In this document: in pieces, positions 1 to 8,310 of the stretch
Layout of the letters: every line of letters begins with the position of its first letter
Position numbering within the stretch: the first letter of the stretch is position 1
Source: Thermoplasmatota archaeon
GTDB lineage: Archaea > Thermoplasmatota > Thermoplasmata > Thermoplasmatales > ARK-15
Direction: 5' to 3'
NCBI GenBank assembly: GCA_031961605.1
Contig: JAVRLH010000002.1
Location: forward strand, 1 to 34,158
Length of the DNA stretch: 34,158 bases
Translations under genes and position numbers: made by a program
Notes under the pieces: generated by a model
What the model saw: only the letters and a program-made list of their open reading frames with translations
What the model was told of the DNA's origin: nothing
Database searches by the model: none

Positions 1-29
1 AGTATGGATTTCATTACATAATCTTCTTT

Positions 30-824
30 TTATTCAATTTTTTTAAAAAGTCCCACAAGCATTCCGAAATATGATGGTAAAGCATATTGAAAATATTCCA
101 ACCTGAAGTTACTGTTCTCTCTGAGAATACCAAGAAGTATAAGAAATGACCAGTAACTGTCAGGTTTTGCATCTTCTATTATTTTTTCATCAATATTTTT
201 CAAACTTTCAAAATCATTTTTCTTTAGAATTTCAATAATTCTCTCATCAAATATTTTCGCATATGGACTGTACCCATAAGGTCCTGATTCAAGGTGGGTA
301 TGCGCCTGATCAGCGCTAACAATTACACCAATTTTCTTTTCATTGTTTTTCAATACCTTTCCAATCAATTCACCAAATTTTATTGAAACATTCCTTTCAA
401 CACCTCTTGCCGGCGTAATCAAAAGAATTTTTTTATGTTTTTTGTTCAAAAAGTATAATGGTATAAAACTACCCCAGTCAAGATAGATCCTTGAACTTTT
501 TCCCTCAAGAGCACCGAAATTTACACCAACAACTGGCAATGATTCATCCTTTGCATTTTTATATATGATCATGCTAAGATCCCTGTCACATTTGAAGCTC
601 AATCTTCTCTTTCCAAGGTTACCTGATGCATATTCTGTCAATATTATGGCAAAATGGTCATCCATCCTTATGTTATGTGGAGTAAAGAGAACAATAGTGT
701 CAAGATTTGATTTTTCAAAATTCCTAACCACAGGGGCCATTGCATTCTTAAGTTTTTTTGACTCTTGATCCTTTGGATCAATAATCTCTTCTCCATGGGG
801 CACAATTGCCAAACTTTCTATCAT
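30..824 (-). CDS. LigB-family (class III extradiol dioxygenase / DODA-like) protein
   Basis: 264-aa ORF with ATG at 824. His-containing motifs (AIVPHGEE, LFTPHN, SADQAHTH) resemble the LigB/subunit-B fold. The family call rests on motif recall only. Confidence 0.5.
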   Translation of the reverse strand: MIESLAIVPHGEEIIDPKDQESKKLKNAMAPVVRNFEKSNLDTIVLFTPHNIRMDDHFAIILTEYASGNLGKRRLSFKCDRDLSMIIYKNAKDESLPVVGVNFGALEGKSSRIYLDWGSFIPLYFLNKKHKKILLITPARGVERNVSIKFGELIGKVLKNNEKKIGVIVSADQAHTHLESGPYGYSPYAKIFDERIIEILKKNDFESLKNIDEKIIEDAKPDSYWSFLILLGILRENSNFRLEYFQYALPSYFGMLVGLFKKIE

Positions 825-909
825 TGATGAAAAATATGTCTACCTTATTTAAAAGTTTTGAAAATAAAAAGTTTTAATTATCTAAAATTTTATGTGATCT
901 ATCCCACCC

Positions 910-1140
910 TGACGATGGATCTTTATTGACCAAGCTTTTTCCCAACAATCAAAGTGCATGTCTTTTTATTATGATGTTTCTGTGATCAACATTTGAAGGG
1001 TATGTTACGATGTACATTCTCCACAAACTTGAAATTTCCCATGGACACATCTGCCAGCACTCTAAGCCTTGCAAAAAAGTTAACTTAACAGATATATATA
1101 GGCTCTCATCCTCTTCTTTCTGAAGGGATTTCCAAAAAAG
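910..1140. repeat. Family B non-coding repeat, copy 1 (paralog of 5602-5854)
   Basis: Aligns by eye with 5602-5854. Near-identical blocks are ctttttcccaacaaYcaaagtgcatgtcttttta (935-968), acatttgRaggg, gccagc, agccttgca and tcatccYct.c.tttctgaagggatttcMcaaaaaa (1107-1139), separated by divergent spacers. No frame stays open in both copies. Confidence 0.7.
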
Positions 1141-1178
1141 GTAAAAACCTTTATTTTATTGTATTTTATTACCCAATT

Positions 1179-2654
1179 ATGAATGCCCTTATTTCTGTGT
1201 GGGACAAAACAGGGATTGAAAAATTTGCAAAAGATCTAATTTCACTTAACATTAAAATTTACTCAACGGGTGGAACAAAGAAATATTTGGAAAATAATGG
1301 AATAAAAATACACGGAATTGATGAAATCACAGGATTTCAGGAATTACTTGGAGGAAGGGTAAAGACACTACATCCAAAAATTTTTGCTGCAATTCTTGCA
1401 AGGGAAGATCAGATTGATGAAATAATAAAGATGGGCGTTGAGCCAATTGATATTGTTGTTGTGAACCTTTATCCATTTGAAAAGACTGAACCAAGCATTG
1501 AAAAACTTGTGGAAATGGTTGATATTGGAGGCGTTTCTCTATTAAGAGCGGGTGCAAAGAATTTTCAAAGAGTAACTGTTATATCAGATCCTGAAGATTT
1601 CCAGAGGGTTATTGAAGAAATAAGAAATTTTGGGAACACTACACTTGAAACAAGAAAGTATCTTGCCCTGAAGTCTTTTTTCATAACATCAAAGTATGAT
1701 GGGATAATAAATAGAACATTTCATGATCTTTTTTATCAAGATAAATTTAATACTACTTTTTCCATACACGGTTATAAATATCTGGATCTAAGGTACGGGG
1801 AAAATCCACAGAACCCAGCTGTCTTTTATAATTTTGGAGAGAAAAAATGGATACCTTTAATGGGTGAAATTTCGTTCAACAACATACTGGATTTTGATTC
1901 AGCATGGAGGGTTGTTAATGAATTCAATGCAAGTGCTGTTGCAATAATAAAACACACAAATCCCTGCGGAGCCGGTATTGGTAAGGATTTCAATGAAGCT
2001 TACAAAAAGGCATATGATTCAGATCCACAATCAGCGTACGGTGGAATTGCTGCCTTTAACGGTAAGGTTGATTTAGAAACATCTCAACTGCTCAGGGGAC
2101 ATTTCTATGAGGTTGTTGTTGCTGAAGATTTTACTGATGATGCCATGGAATTTTTTAAATCAAAGAAAAAGAACCTTAAGGTTGTAAAAATGCTATCAAA
2201 ACCTGAAAAATTTGAAATAAGAAGTGTTTTAGGAGGGATGCTTTACCAAAAAATAGTTGATAAAGATCCTGAATTTAAGGTTGTTACAAAAAGAGAACCT
2301 GATGAAATGGAGAAAAGAGATCTTATTTTTGCATGGAAAATAGCAAAAAATGTGAAAAGTAATGCAATAGTTCTTGCAAAGGGGGAGGGAACAGTTGGTA
2401 TAGGTGCGGGACAGATGTCTAGGGTCGATTCTGTAAAAATTGCAATCATGAAAGCTGGTGATAGATCGAAAAATTCAGTTCTAGCTTCAGATGGATTTTT
2501 CCCTTTCCCTGACAATGTGGAGGAGGCAGCAAAAGGAGGTGTGAGGGCAATAATCCAGCCTGGTGGATCAAAAAGGGATGAGGATGTGATTAAGATTGCT
2601 GATGAATACAACATATCCATGGTATTCACAAATGTTAGGATATTCAAACATTAG
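1179..2654 (+). CDS. purH: Bifunctional AICAR formyltransferase / IMP cyclohydrolase
   Basis: 491-aa ORF. N-terminal MGS-like cyclohydrolase motifs (ISVWDKTG, KTLHPKI, GGVSLLRAGAKNF) and C-terminal AICARFT motifs (KHTNPCG, GAGQMSRVDS, ASDGFFPF, IQPGGSKRD). Confidence 0.9.
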   Translation: MNALISVWDKTGIEKFAKDLISLNIKIYSTGGTKKYLENNGIKIHGIDEITGFQELLGGRVKTLHPKIFAAILAREDQIDEIIKMGVEPIDIVVVNLYPFEKTEPSIEKLVEMVDIGGVSLLRAGAKNFQRVTVISDPEDFQRVIEEIRNFGNTTLETRKYLALKSFFITSKYDGIINRTFHDLFYQDKFNTTFSIHGYKYLDLRYGENPQNPAVFYNFGEKKWIPLMGEISFNNILDFDSAWRVVNEFNASAVAIIKHTNPCGAGIGKDFNEAYKKAYDSDPQSAYGGIAAFNGKVDLETSQLLRGHFYEVVVAEDFTDDAMEFFKSKKKNLKVVKMLSKPEKFEIRSVLGGMLYQKIVDKDPEFKVVTKREPDEMEKRDLIFAWKIAKNVKSNAIVLAKGEGTVGIGAGQMSRVDSVKIAIMKAGDRSKNSVLASDGFFPFPDNVEEAAKGGVRAIIQPGGSKRDEDVIKIADEYNISMVFTNVRIFKH

Positions 2655-2663
2655 GTGATAAAA

Positions 2664-3227
2664 ATGGATCCTGTTGTTGAAATAATAAAATATGGAAAAA
2701 TACTACAGGATTTTGGTTATGTGCATTCAACACACAGCGGTAATATAAGTGTTAAGTACAAAAACAAAATTTATATAAAAAAGCATGGTAAAATGCTTGG
2801 ATACCTTAAAAGAAATGATGTTATAGAATTAAGCATGGATGATGAAAAAAATTATAAAAAAGCATCCGTTGAGGTTTATGTCCACAGGGAGATCTACAGA
2901 AAAACAGAAAAGAATACAGTAATACATGCACACACACCCTATGCAATAGTTGTTTCACTTTTCTACGATAAAATATACCCTGTTGATGATGAAGGAAAAT
3001 ATTATTTGAGTTATATTCCTGTGATTGATGCAAAAAAAACAATAGGATCAATGGAGGTTGCTGAAAAATTATCAAATATTTTGAAAAATTTACCTGTTGC
3101 AGTTGTTAAAGGTCATGGAACATTTTCAGCAGGTGAAAATCTTGATGAAGCATTGAAATATCTTAGCCTGGCGGAGTCCATATCACATATTAAGTACCTT
3201 TACAATTCATATTCGAAAAAATTATAA
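2664..3227 (+). CDS. Class II aldolase/adducin-domain protein (fuculose-phosphate aldolase / MTRu-1-P dehydratase-like)
   Basis: Motifs HSGNIS, HAHTPYA (metal His) and KGHGTFSAG. The track ORF begins at GTG 2655 right after the purH stop, but ATG 2664 follows AGGTGA (2653-2658) at Shine-Dalgarno spacing, so 2664 is preferred. Confidence 0.75.
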   Translation: MDPVVEIIKYGKILQDFGYVHSTHSGNISVKYKNKIYIKKHGKMLGYLKRNDVIELSMDDEKNYKKASVEVYVHREIYRKTEKNTVIHAHTPYAIVVSLFYDKIYPVDDEGKYYLSYIPVIDAKKTIGSMEVAEKLSNILKNLPVAVVKGHGTFSAGENLDEALKYLSLAESISHIKYLYNSYSKKL

Positions 3228-5063
3228 TTTTTCAATTTGAACAAATGTTGTGTTTACGGCAGATACACGACCGTAATTCTCCTGTGTTAAATCTGTTGTT
3301 AGAAAATTAACATTCCAGCCATATATGCTTGGCCATGATCCTTTATAAATAACAATGCATTTCTCCTGAACCTTTTCATCAATCTTCACCCTTATTTTCA
3401 AACTGCCAAATTCATTGTAAATTTTAACTAGATCTCTATCTTTTATTCCCATTTTAAAAGCATCCAGGGGATTCATATATGCGTATGTGTCAAATTGATA
3501 TAGATTATTATGCTGGCTTGATATACCCTGTAAATGCGTTGGACTGAGTAACCTGAATCCTTTATCATCATATTTTTTGTAATTCTCCAGATCCTTTAAA
3601 ACTGATTTTAAATTTGGTACAATTTTTGTGTTAATCCTTTCTATTTTTGCAAAACCATTCTTGAAGAATTCTTCTTCATCTATTTTTGCTTTCCTCAATA
3701 TATTCCTTATTATTGATTTTTCATCTTCAAAAAGGTATGGATCTTTCAAATCAAGTTTTTTTGCAATTTCAACAAACAGATCATGGTTGGATTTTGCCTC
3801 ACCTGCCGGATTGAAAATTTTCTGGTTGTAATTCAAATAGTCATGATAATATGAATCAACAATATCCTCCTGTTCGAAAAATGTTGTTGCTGGCAAAAAT
3901 ATATCCGAATAAAGAGCTGTATCAGTAAAATAAATATCGTGAACAGCAACAAAAATATCCTCATCGCTCAAAACTTTCCTCAATAAATTTTGGTTAGATA
4001 TGGAAACAAGAGGATTGTGGTTGTAGATTATTAACATCTTTATATTGTTTTTTAAAATTTCCTTTCCCAGATCAGCTTGGTTTATTATTTTTCTTTTATC
4101 ATTCCTACCTGAAACATATGTGTAATCTATTCTATGTTTTGCATCGTAAATGAACCTTTCTTCCTCACCTAAAACCGATAAAAGGTAACCTATCATTTTC
4201 ACAGCTGTAGCACCATACAGATTCCTCTGAAATCCATAACCAACATGTATTAACATTGGTTTTAAATTGATAAGATCATCAACAAATTCCCTGATCCTTT
4301 TTTCCTCAACACCAATTAATTTTGAATACTTTTTAGGCTCATACCCAAAAACATATTTTTCAGCAGGTCCTATTTCATATCCTTTTTCATAAAGTATATT
4401 TAACATGGTGAGTAAAAGATCAACATCCGTCCCAACCTTTAATCTTATGTGAGTATCCGCGGCCTTTGCGCTCTCTGTTATCAATGGATCAACAACGTAT
4501 ATTTTTGCCCCTGATGTCTTTGCCATTTTCCAACCATGAATGTTTGTCCAGGCTGGATTTATTCCCCAGCATACAACAAGTTTTGAATTTTTAATTTCCT
4601 CGGGATCAACGCCTATGGATGTTCCAAAAATTTCCTTTAGGGCAAGGGATCCAGCTTCATCGCATATTGAATGGTTAAGTTTTGCAAAACCAAGTTGGTT
4701 AAATAGTCTCTGGGGAAAATGGTATGAAATTATTCCCCTATTACCAGCATACTCTACAGGTAAAATACTCTCTGGGCCATATTCCTTAATCAATTTTTTT
4801 ATATTTTCGGATACAATATCAAAGGCATAATCCCATGTTATTCTTCTGAATTCACGCGATCCCTTTTTTCCTGTTCTTTCCATGGGATACAGAGCCCTGC
4901 CATTGTAATGAGCATCCACAAAGTATTTTGATTTAAGACATAAAAAACCGGATGTTATGGGATGGTTTTTGTTACCCGTTATTTTTAAAATATTATTTTC
5001 AAACGTAGTTATGATTGAACAGGAATCGTAACAGTCCTTGGGACATGCTGAATAATAGGCCAT
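3222..5063 (-). CDS. Molybdopterin (Mo/W-bisPGD, MopB superfamily) oxidoreductase, cytoplasmic
   Basis: 613-aa ORF. N-terminal Cys cluster CPKDCYDSC...C is typical of the 4Fe-4S domain of MopB enzymes. No twin-arginine signal and no in-frame TGA. Substrate cannot be inferred. Confidence 0.8.
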   Translation of the reverse strand: MAYYSACPKDCYDSCSIITTFENNILKITGNKNHPITSGFLCLKSKYFVDAHYNGRALYPMERTGKKGSREFRRITWDYAFDIVSENIKKLIKEYGPESILPVEYAGNRGIISYHFPQRLFNQLGFAKLNHSICDEAGSLALKEIFGTSIGVDPEEIKNSKLVVCWGINPAWTNIHGWKMAKTSGAKIYVVDPLITESAKAADTHIRLKVGTDVDLLLTMLNILYEKGYEIGPAEKYVFGYEPKKYSKLIGVEEKRIREFVDDLINLKPMLIHVGYGFQRNLYGATAVKMIGYLLSVLGEEERFIYDAKHRIDYTYVSGRNDKRKIINQADLGKEILKNNIKMLIIYNHNPLVSISNQNLLRKVLSDEDIFVAVHDIYFTDTALYSDIFLPATTFFEQEDIVDSYYHDYLNYNQKIFNPAGEAKSNHDLFVEIAKKLDLKDPYLFEDEKSIIRNILRKAKIDEEEFFKNGFAKIERINTKIVPNLKSVLKDLENYKKYDDKGFRLLSPTHLQGISSQHNNLYQFDTYAYMNPLDAFKMGIKDRDLVKIYNEFGSLKIRVKIDEKVQEKCIVIYKGSWPSIYGWNVNFLTTDLTQENYGRVSAVNTTFVQIEKL

Positions 5064-5083
5064 AAATTTAAAATGTAATGTAA

Positions 5084-5091
5084 CTTAAAAA
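5084..5091 (-). promoter_or_regulatory. TATA-like box (tttttaag on minus strand) ~25 nt upstream of the Mo-oxidoreductase ATG
   Basis: The minus strand reads cgtaaaatttttaagttacattacattttaaattt-ATG. The geometry fits an archaeal leaderless promoter. The box directly abuts the 3' end of repeat A1. Confidence 0.35.
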
Positions 5092-5092
5092 T

Positions 5093-5186
5093 TTTACGAA
5101 AATACGGCGAGTATAGGGGTGAAATGTTTGATAATCAAACAACCTATACCCTGAACCTTCGCATTTAAATGCGAAGAGTATGTCAG
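5093..5186 (-). repeat. Family A element, 94-nt internally deleted copy (A1)
   Basis: The reverse complement begins ctgacatactcttcgcatttaaatgcgaaggttcagggtatagg... and ends ...actcgccgtattttcgtaaa. It therefore has the same 5' and 3' termini as the 201-nt copies at 11716 and 20902 but lacks about 107 internal nt. It contains a 20-nt perfect palindrome (5157-5176) and a 7-bp hairpin (5125-5141) nested in a 7-bp outer stem (5111-5117 / 5143-5149). Confidence 0.8.
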
Positions 5187-5202
5187 TTTTCTGAAACAAT
5201 CA

Positions 5203-5216
5203 TTTTTTATAATAAT
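5203..5216 (+). promoter_or_regulatory. TATA-like box (ttttttataataa) ~24 nt upstream of ATG 5233
   Basis: AT-rich TATA-like motif at the distance typical of archaeal leaderless transcripts. Confidence 0.35.
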
Positions 5217-5232
5217 TCATTATTCAACAGGT

Positions 5233-5583
5233 ATGAACTGGCCCCAAATAAAAGATTTTGTAGATAAGACAGATAAAGATCTATTGATAAAAATTATAAC
5301 AAACAAGGGGCCAATAGCTCTTGAAAATTTTATTAAAAAGAAATTCTCCTATCTGGGAAAATTCTATCTTATCAATCACTGGTCCCCTTACTCAAAAATT
5401 GGTATAATTGAATTGATTGCTGAAGATAGAAAAATATTCATTGAATGGATGGCAACAAAAGAAAAGGATAAAATAATAGATGTTAGGAAAATCGATAATT
5501 TTGATATTGAAAAGTTTGAAGAATACCTTTCATCATTGGGTGTTGAAAGCAGTGTTTTAAGGCTTATGCGCTCAGATTTCTGA
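5233..5583 (+). CDS. Hypothetical protein (116 aa), no family recognised
   Basis: Clean ORF with an upstream TATA-like box and composition like neighbouring genes. No motif I can assign. Flanked by repeat A1 and repeat B2. Confidence 0.5.
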   Translation: MNWPQIKDFVDKTDKDLLIKIITNKGPIALENFIKKKFSYLGKFYLINHWSPYSKIGIIELIAEDRKIFIEWMATKEKDKIIDVRKIDNFDIEKFEEYLSSLGVESSVLRLMRSDF

Positions 5584-5601
5584 TATGTAAACTATCACAC
5601 A

Positions 5602-5854
5602 TGACGGATGGATCTTCATGGCCCAATCTTTTTCCCAACAACCAAAGTGCATGTCTTTTTATGATCCCTTTTCTATGCCTTACATTTGGAGGGCAGGCTA
5701 CAGAGAATTTAATCCCATATGCTTTAGCTCGGCACTTTACATGCTTACATCAGCCAGCCCTTTCAGCCTTGCAGATATGATAATTATATCAAAAATTTAT
5801 ATAATTATCTGCTTTCATCCCCTACCTTTCTGAAGGGATTTCACAAAAAAAAAG
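5602..5854. repeat. Family B non-coding repeat, copy 2 (paralog of 910-1140)
   Basis: Contains the same conserved blocks as copy 1 (5628-5661 is 33/34 identical to 935-968; 5815-5850 matches 1107-1139). The middle is divergent and includes a long AT hairpin (gcagataattatat...atataattatc.atatctgc on the minus strand). It lies in the convergent gap between orf116 and tRNA-iMet. Confidence 0.7.
5845..5853 (-). terminator. Oligo-T tract (T9 on minus strand) 20 nt downstream of tRNA-iMet
   Basis: A run of 9 A on the plus strand gives T9 on the tRNA strand. Archaeal RNAP terminates at oligo-T. The tract is also the edge of repeat B2. Confidence 0.4.
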
Positions 5855-5872
5855 TTAAAATTGAAAAATTAG

Positions 5873-5947
5873 TAGCGGGGGGTGGATTTGAACCACCGAT
5901 CTACGGGTTATGAGCCCGTCGGGATTTCCTAGCTACCCCACCCCGCT
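5873..5947 (-). tRNA. Initiator tRNA-Met (anticodon CAU)
   Basis: The reverse complement AGCGGGG-TG-GGGT-AGCTAGGAAA-TCCC-G-ACGGG-CTCATAA-CCCGT-AGATC-GGTGG-TTCAAAT-CCACC-CCCCGCT-A folds as a cloverleaf. An A1:U72 pair and three consecutive G:C pairs closing the anticodon stem are archaeal initiator hallmarks. No encoded CCA. Confidence 0.9.
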
Positions 5948-5985
5948 TTTCAACACTTTAATGAAATTATTGTTTAATAAGTTTT

Positions 5986-8265
5986 TCATTCTGCAATTTT
6001 CTGCTGGCTAATCTCTTCCTTCTTTGATCTAATATGGGAAAGAATTATTTCCTCCATCTCTTTGTCATTCACACCCTTGTAAAGAACCTGTTCCCTCTTG
6101 CTCCTATCCCTATAGATTGTTATTCCCTTACATTTTAGCTTGTATGCAAGCATGAATGCTCTTTCAACTTCATCTATTGTTGCCTCGTTCCTCATGTTAA
6201 TTGTTTTACTGACCGCATTATCCGTATGTTTCTGAAAAACTGCCTGCATAAGAACATGCCAATGATAATCAATATCATGTGATGTTAAAAATATTTTTTT
6301 AATTTCTTCAGGCAAGTTCAAATGCTGAATGGATCCCGATTTTGCAACCTCCCTCATTATTTCTTCCGAATAAAGGTTCCTTTTCCTTAACTCCTCTTCA
6401 AAAAGCTGGTTCACTTCAAGAAGTTCTGTTCCTTCAAGAACCTGTCTTATAAAAACAAGACCAAAAAGGGGCTCAATTCCGGATGATGTTCCAGCAATAA
6501 TTGAAATACTTCCCGTTGGTGCTATGGTTGTTGTTGTTGCATTCCTCATCATTATTCCCTTATCGTACCAGACTGACCTGTCCCAGGCATAAAATGTTCC
6601 TTTTATCTTTGCAATATCTGCACTTGCTTCATGACTTACTTTTTCAACGAATTCCATAACCTTTTCTGCAATCTCAAGTGCTTCTTTGGAAGCATATGGT
6701 ATCCCGAGTTTGATCAACATCTCTGCAAATCCCATCACTCCCAGACCAATTTTCCTTGTCTGCTTTGTCATATATTCTATCTGTGGTAAAGGATAATTGT
6801 TTGCATCTATAACATTGTCAAGGAATTGAACTGCAATTTTAATTACCTTCCTAAGCTTTTCCCAGTTTATCGCTCCATTCTCAACAAACTTTGAAAGGTT
6901 TATGGATCCAAGGTTGCAGGATTCGTAAGGTAACAAAGGTTGTTCACCACAAGGGTTTGTTGCCTCTATTTCTCCAAGGTAGGGTGTTGGATTCTTTCTG
7001 TTTATTTCATCTATAAATATCACGCCAGGATCACCGGTCTTCCATGCCTGGGATACAATAAGATTCCATATCTGTCTTGCAGGAACTCTTGATACAACAT
7101 CTCTGTTTCTTGGATTTATGAGTTCAAAATCATCATCGTTTTCAACAGAATCCATAAACTGGTCCGTTACAGAAACACTCAGGTTAAAATTTTTAAGTTT
7201 CCCTTCAAATCCCTTTGCATTTATGAACTGAAATATGTCAGGATGATCCACCCTCAAGATTCCCATGTTTGCCCCCCTTCTTCTCCCACCCTGCTTTATC
7301 ACATCAGTTGAAACATCAAATATCTGCATGAATGAAACAGGTCCAGATGCAACACCCATTGTTGAACCCACAATATCGCCCTGGGGCCTTAACTTTGAAA
7401 AAGAAAAACCTGTTCCACCGCCGGATTTGTGTATGAGAGCTGTATATTTTAAAGCGTTGTAAATACTTTCAATGGAATCCTCTATTGGTATAACAAAACA
7501 TGCACTTAATTGACCAAGGCTTGTGTTTGCGTTCATCAGTGTTGGAGAATTGGGTATGAATTGTATATTCACCATTATTTCATAGAATTTCTTTGCAGTT
7601 TCTTCAACAGTATTCCATTTTTCATCCAGTATTTTTAAAACATCATTGAAAGATACCTTCATGGCCCTGTCAGAATTGAGTGAAGAATATGCTCTTTGTA
7701 GCATTTCCCTTTCATAGTTTGACAATGTTACATTCCTTGGAACATAATCTGAATAAACATCCCTTTCCTTCTGTTTTTTGTTTATGTCAAAAATATCTTC
7801 ATCATAGAGAATGTCAACAAGAGCCACGTACCTAGCTACCCTCCAGAACATTTCCCTTGGTGTTTCTATTATCTCTCCTTTTTCATTCTTTAAAAGATAC
7901 CTTGCCTCAAGAACCTTGACAGCATTTATTGTTAGCTTTAGATCATCCCTTATTCCAAAAAGGTATTTTATTTCTCTTATCTCCTTTCTTTTCTGTCTGT
8001 AGAGTATGTATGCCTTTGCTGTTTTTACAAGCCCCCTTTCCATGAGGGTTTCTTCAACAAGATCCTGAATATCTTCAACACCGGGAACCTCATTCTTGAA
8101 CTTTTTAATCAATTTATTTTCAACTATTTCCCCTATTCTTTCACTTTCTTCATCTATATTTTGTATTTCCTTTGTTTCATTAAGTGCCTTTTTTACAGCA
8201 TTAACAATTTTTGATCTACTGTAAAGTACGTAATCGCCATTTCTCTTCCTTACAAGACTTATCAT
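5986..8265 (-). CDS. nrdJ: Class II (adenosylcobalamin-dependent) ribonucleotide reductase
   Basis: N-terminal ATP-cone ([20 protein letters not shown]) and core motifs [25 protein letters not shown]. Size ~760 aa with no intein-like insertion. The track ORF starts at TTG 8286; ATG 8265 ([10 protein letters not shown]) is preferred. Confidence 0.9.
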   Translation of the reverse strand: MISLVRKRNGDYVLYSRSKIVNAVKKALNETKEIQNIDEESERIGEIVENKLIKKFKNEVPGVEDIQDLVEETLMERGLVKTAKAYILYRQKRKEIREIKYLFGIRDDLKLTINAVKVLEARYLLKNEKGEIIETPREMFWRVARYVALVDILYDEDIFDINKKQKERDVYSDYVPRNVTLSNYEREMLQRAYSSLNSDRAMKVSFNDVLKILDEKWNTVEETAKKFYEIMVNIQFIPNSPTLMNANTSLGQLSACFVIPIEDSIESIYNALKYTALIHKSGGGTGFSFSKLRPQGDIVGSTMGVASGPVSFMQIFDVSTDVIKQGGRRRGANMGILRVDHPDIFQFINAKGFEGKLKNFNLSVSVTDQFMDSVENDDDFELINPRNRDVVSRVPARQIWNLIVSQAWKTGDPGVIFIDEINRKNPTPYLGEIEATNPCGEQPLLPYESCNLGSINLSKFVENGAINWEKLRKVIKIAVQFLDNVIDANNYPLPQIEYMTKQTRKIGLGVMGFAEMLIKLGIPYASKEALEIAEKVMEFVEKVSHEASADIAKIKGTFYAWDRSVWYDKGIMMRNATTTTIAPTGSISIIAGTSSGIEPLFGLVFIRQVLEGTELLEVNQLFEEELRKRNLYSEEIMREVAKSGSIQHLNLPEEIKKIFLTSHDIDYHWHVLMQAVFQKHTDNAVSKTINMRNEATIDEVERAFMLAYKLKCKGITIYRDRSKREQVLYKGVNDKEMEEIILSHIRSKKEEISQQKIAE

Positions 8266-8310
8266 AATTAAATATATATTCAACAAAAAGAAAAACTTTT
8301 TCCTAAAAAA

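Noticed and set aside
910-1140. Possibility that repeat B1 is a purine/ZTP-type riboswitch controlling purH
   Set aside because: No ZTP (pfl) or purine riboswitch core sequences are visible. The paralogous copy B2 is not upstream of any plus-strand gene.
5093-5186. Possibility that repeat A1 is a Moco riboswitch for the molybdoenzyme gene
   Set aside because: Other copies precede a ferritin-like gene and a transposase remnant. I see no resemblance to the Moco motif as I remember it. The exact mobile-like boundaries argue for a dispersed element.
5814-5822. Shared 9-mer ttcatcccc between family B (5814-5822) and family A (21055-21063, 11871-11879), hinting that the families are related
   Set aside because: A single 9-mer match in 34 kb of AT-rich sequence is within chance expectation. 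The flanking similarity is too weak to align.
5618-5833. 71-aa ORF inside repeat B2
   Set aside because: The homologous frame in copy B1 hits a stop after about 13 codons (MSFYYDVSVINI*). The predicted product is a low-complexity hydrophobic peptide. The ORF is judged spurious.
5873-5947. tRNA-iMet as attachment site of an integrated element (duplicated tRNA 3' half)
   Set aside because: There is no second copy of the tRNA 3' segment (ggtggatttgaacc...) and no integrase gene anywhere in the window.
5986-8286. Intein or selenocysteine recoding in nrdJ or the molybdoenzyme (3222-5063)
   Set aside because: Both ORFs are continuous and of normal length. There is no in-frame TGA and no insertion carrying intein splicing blocks.
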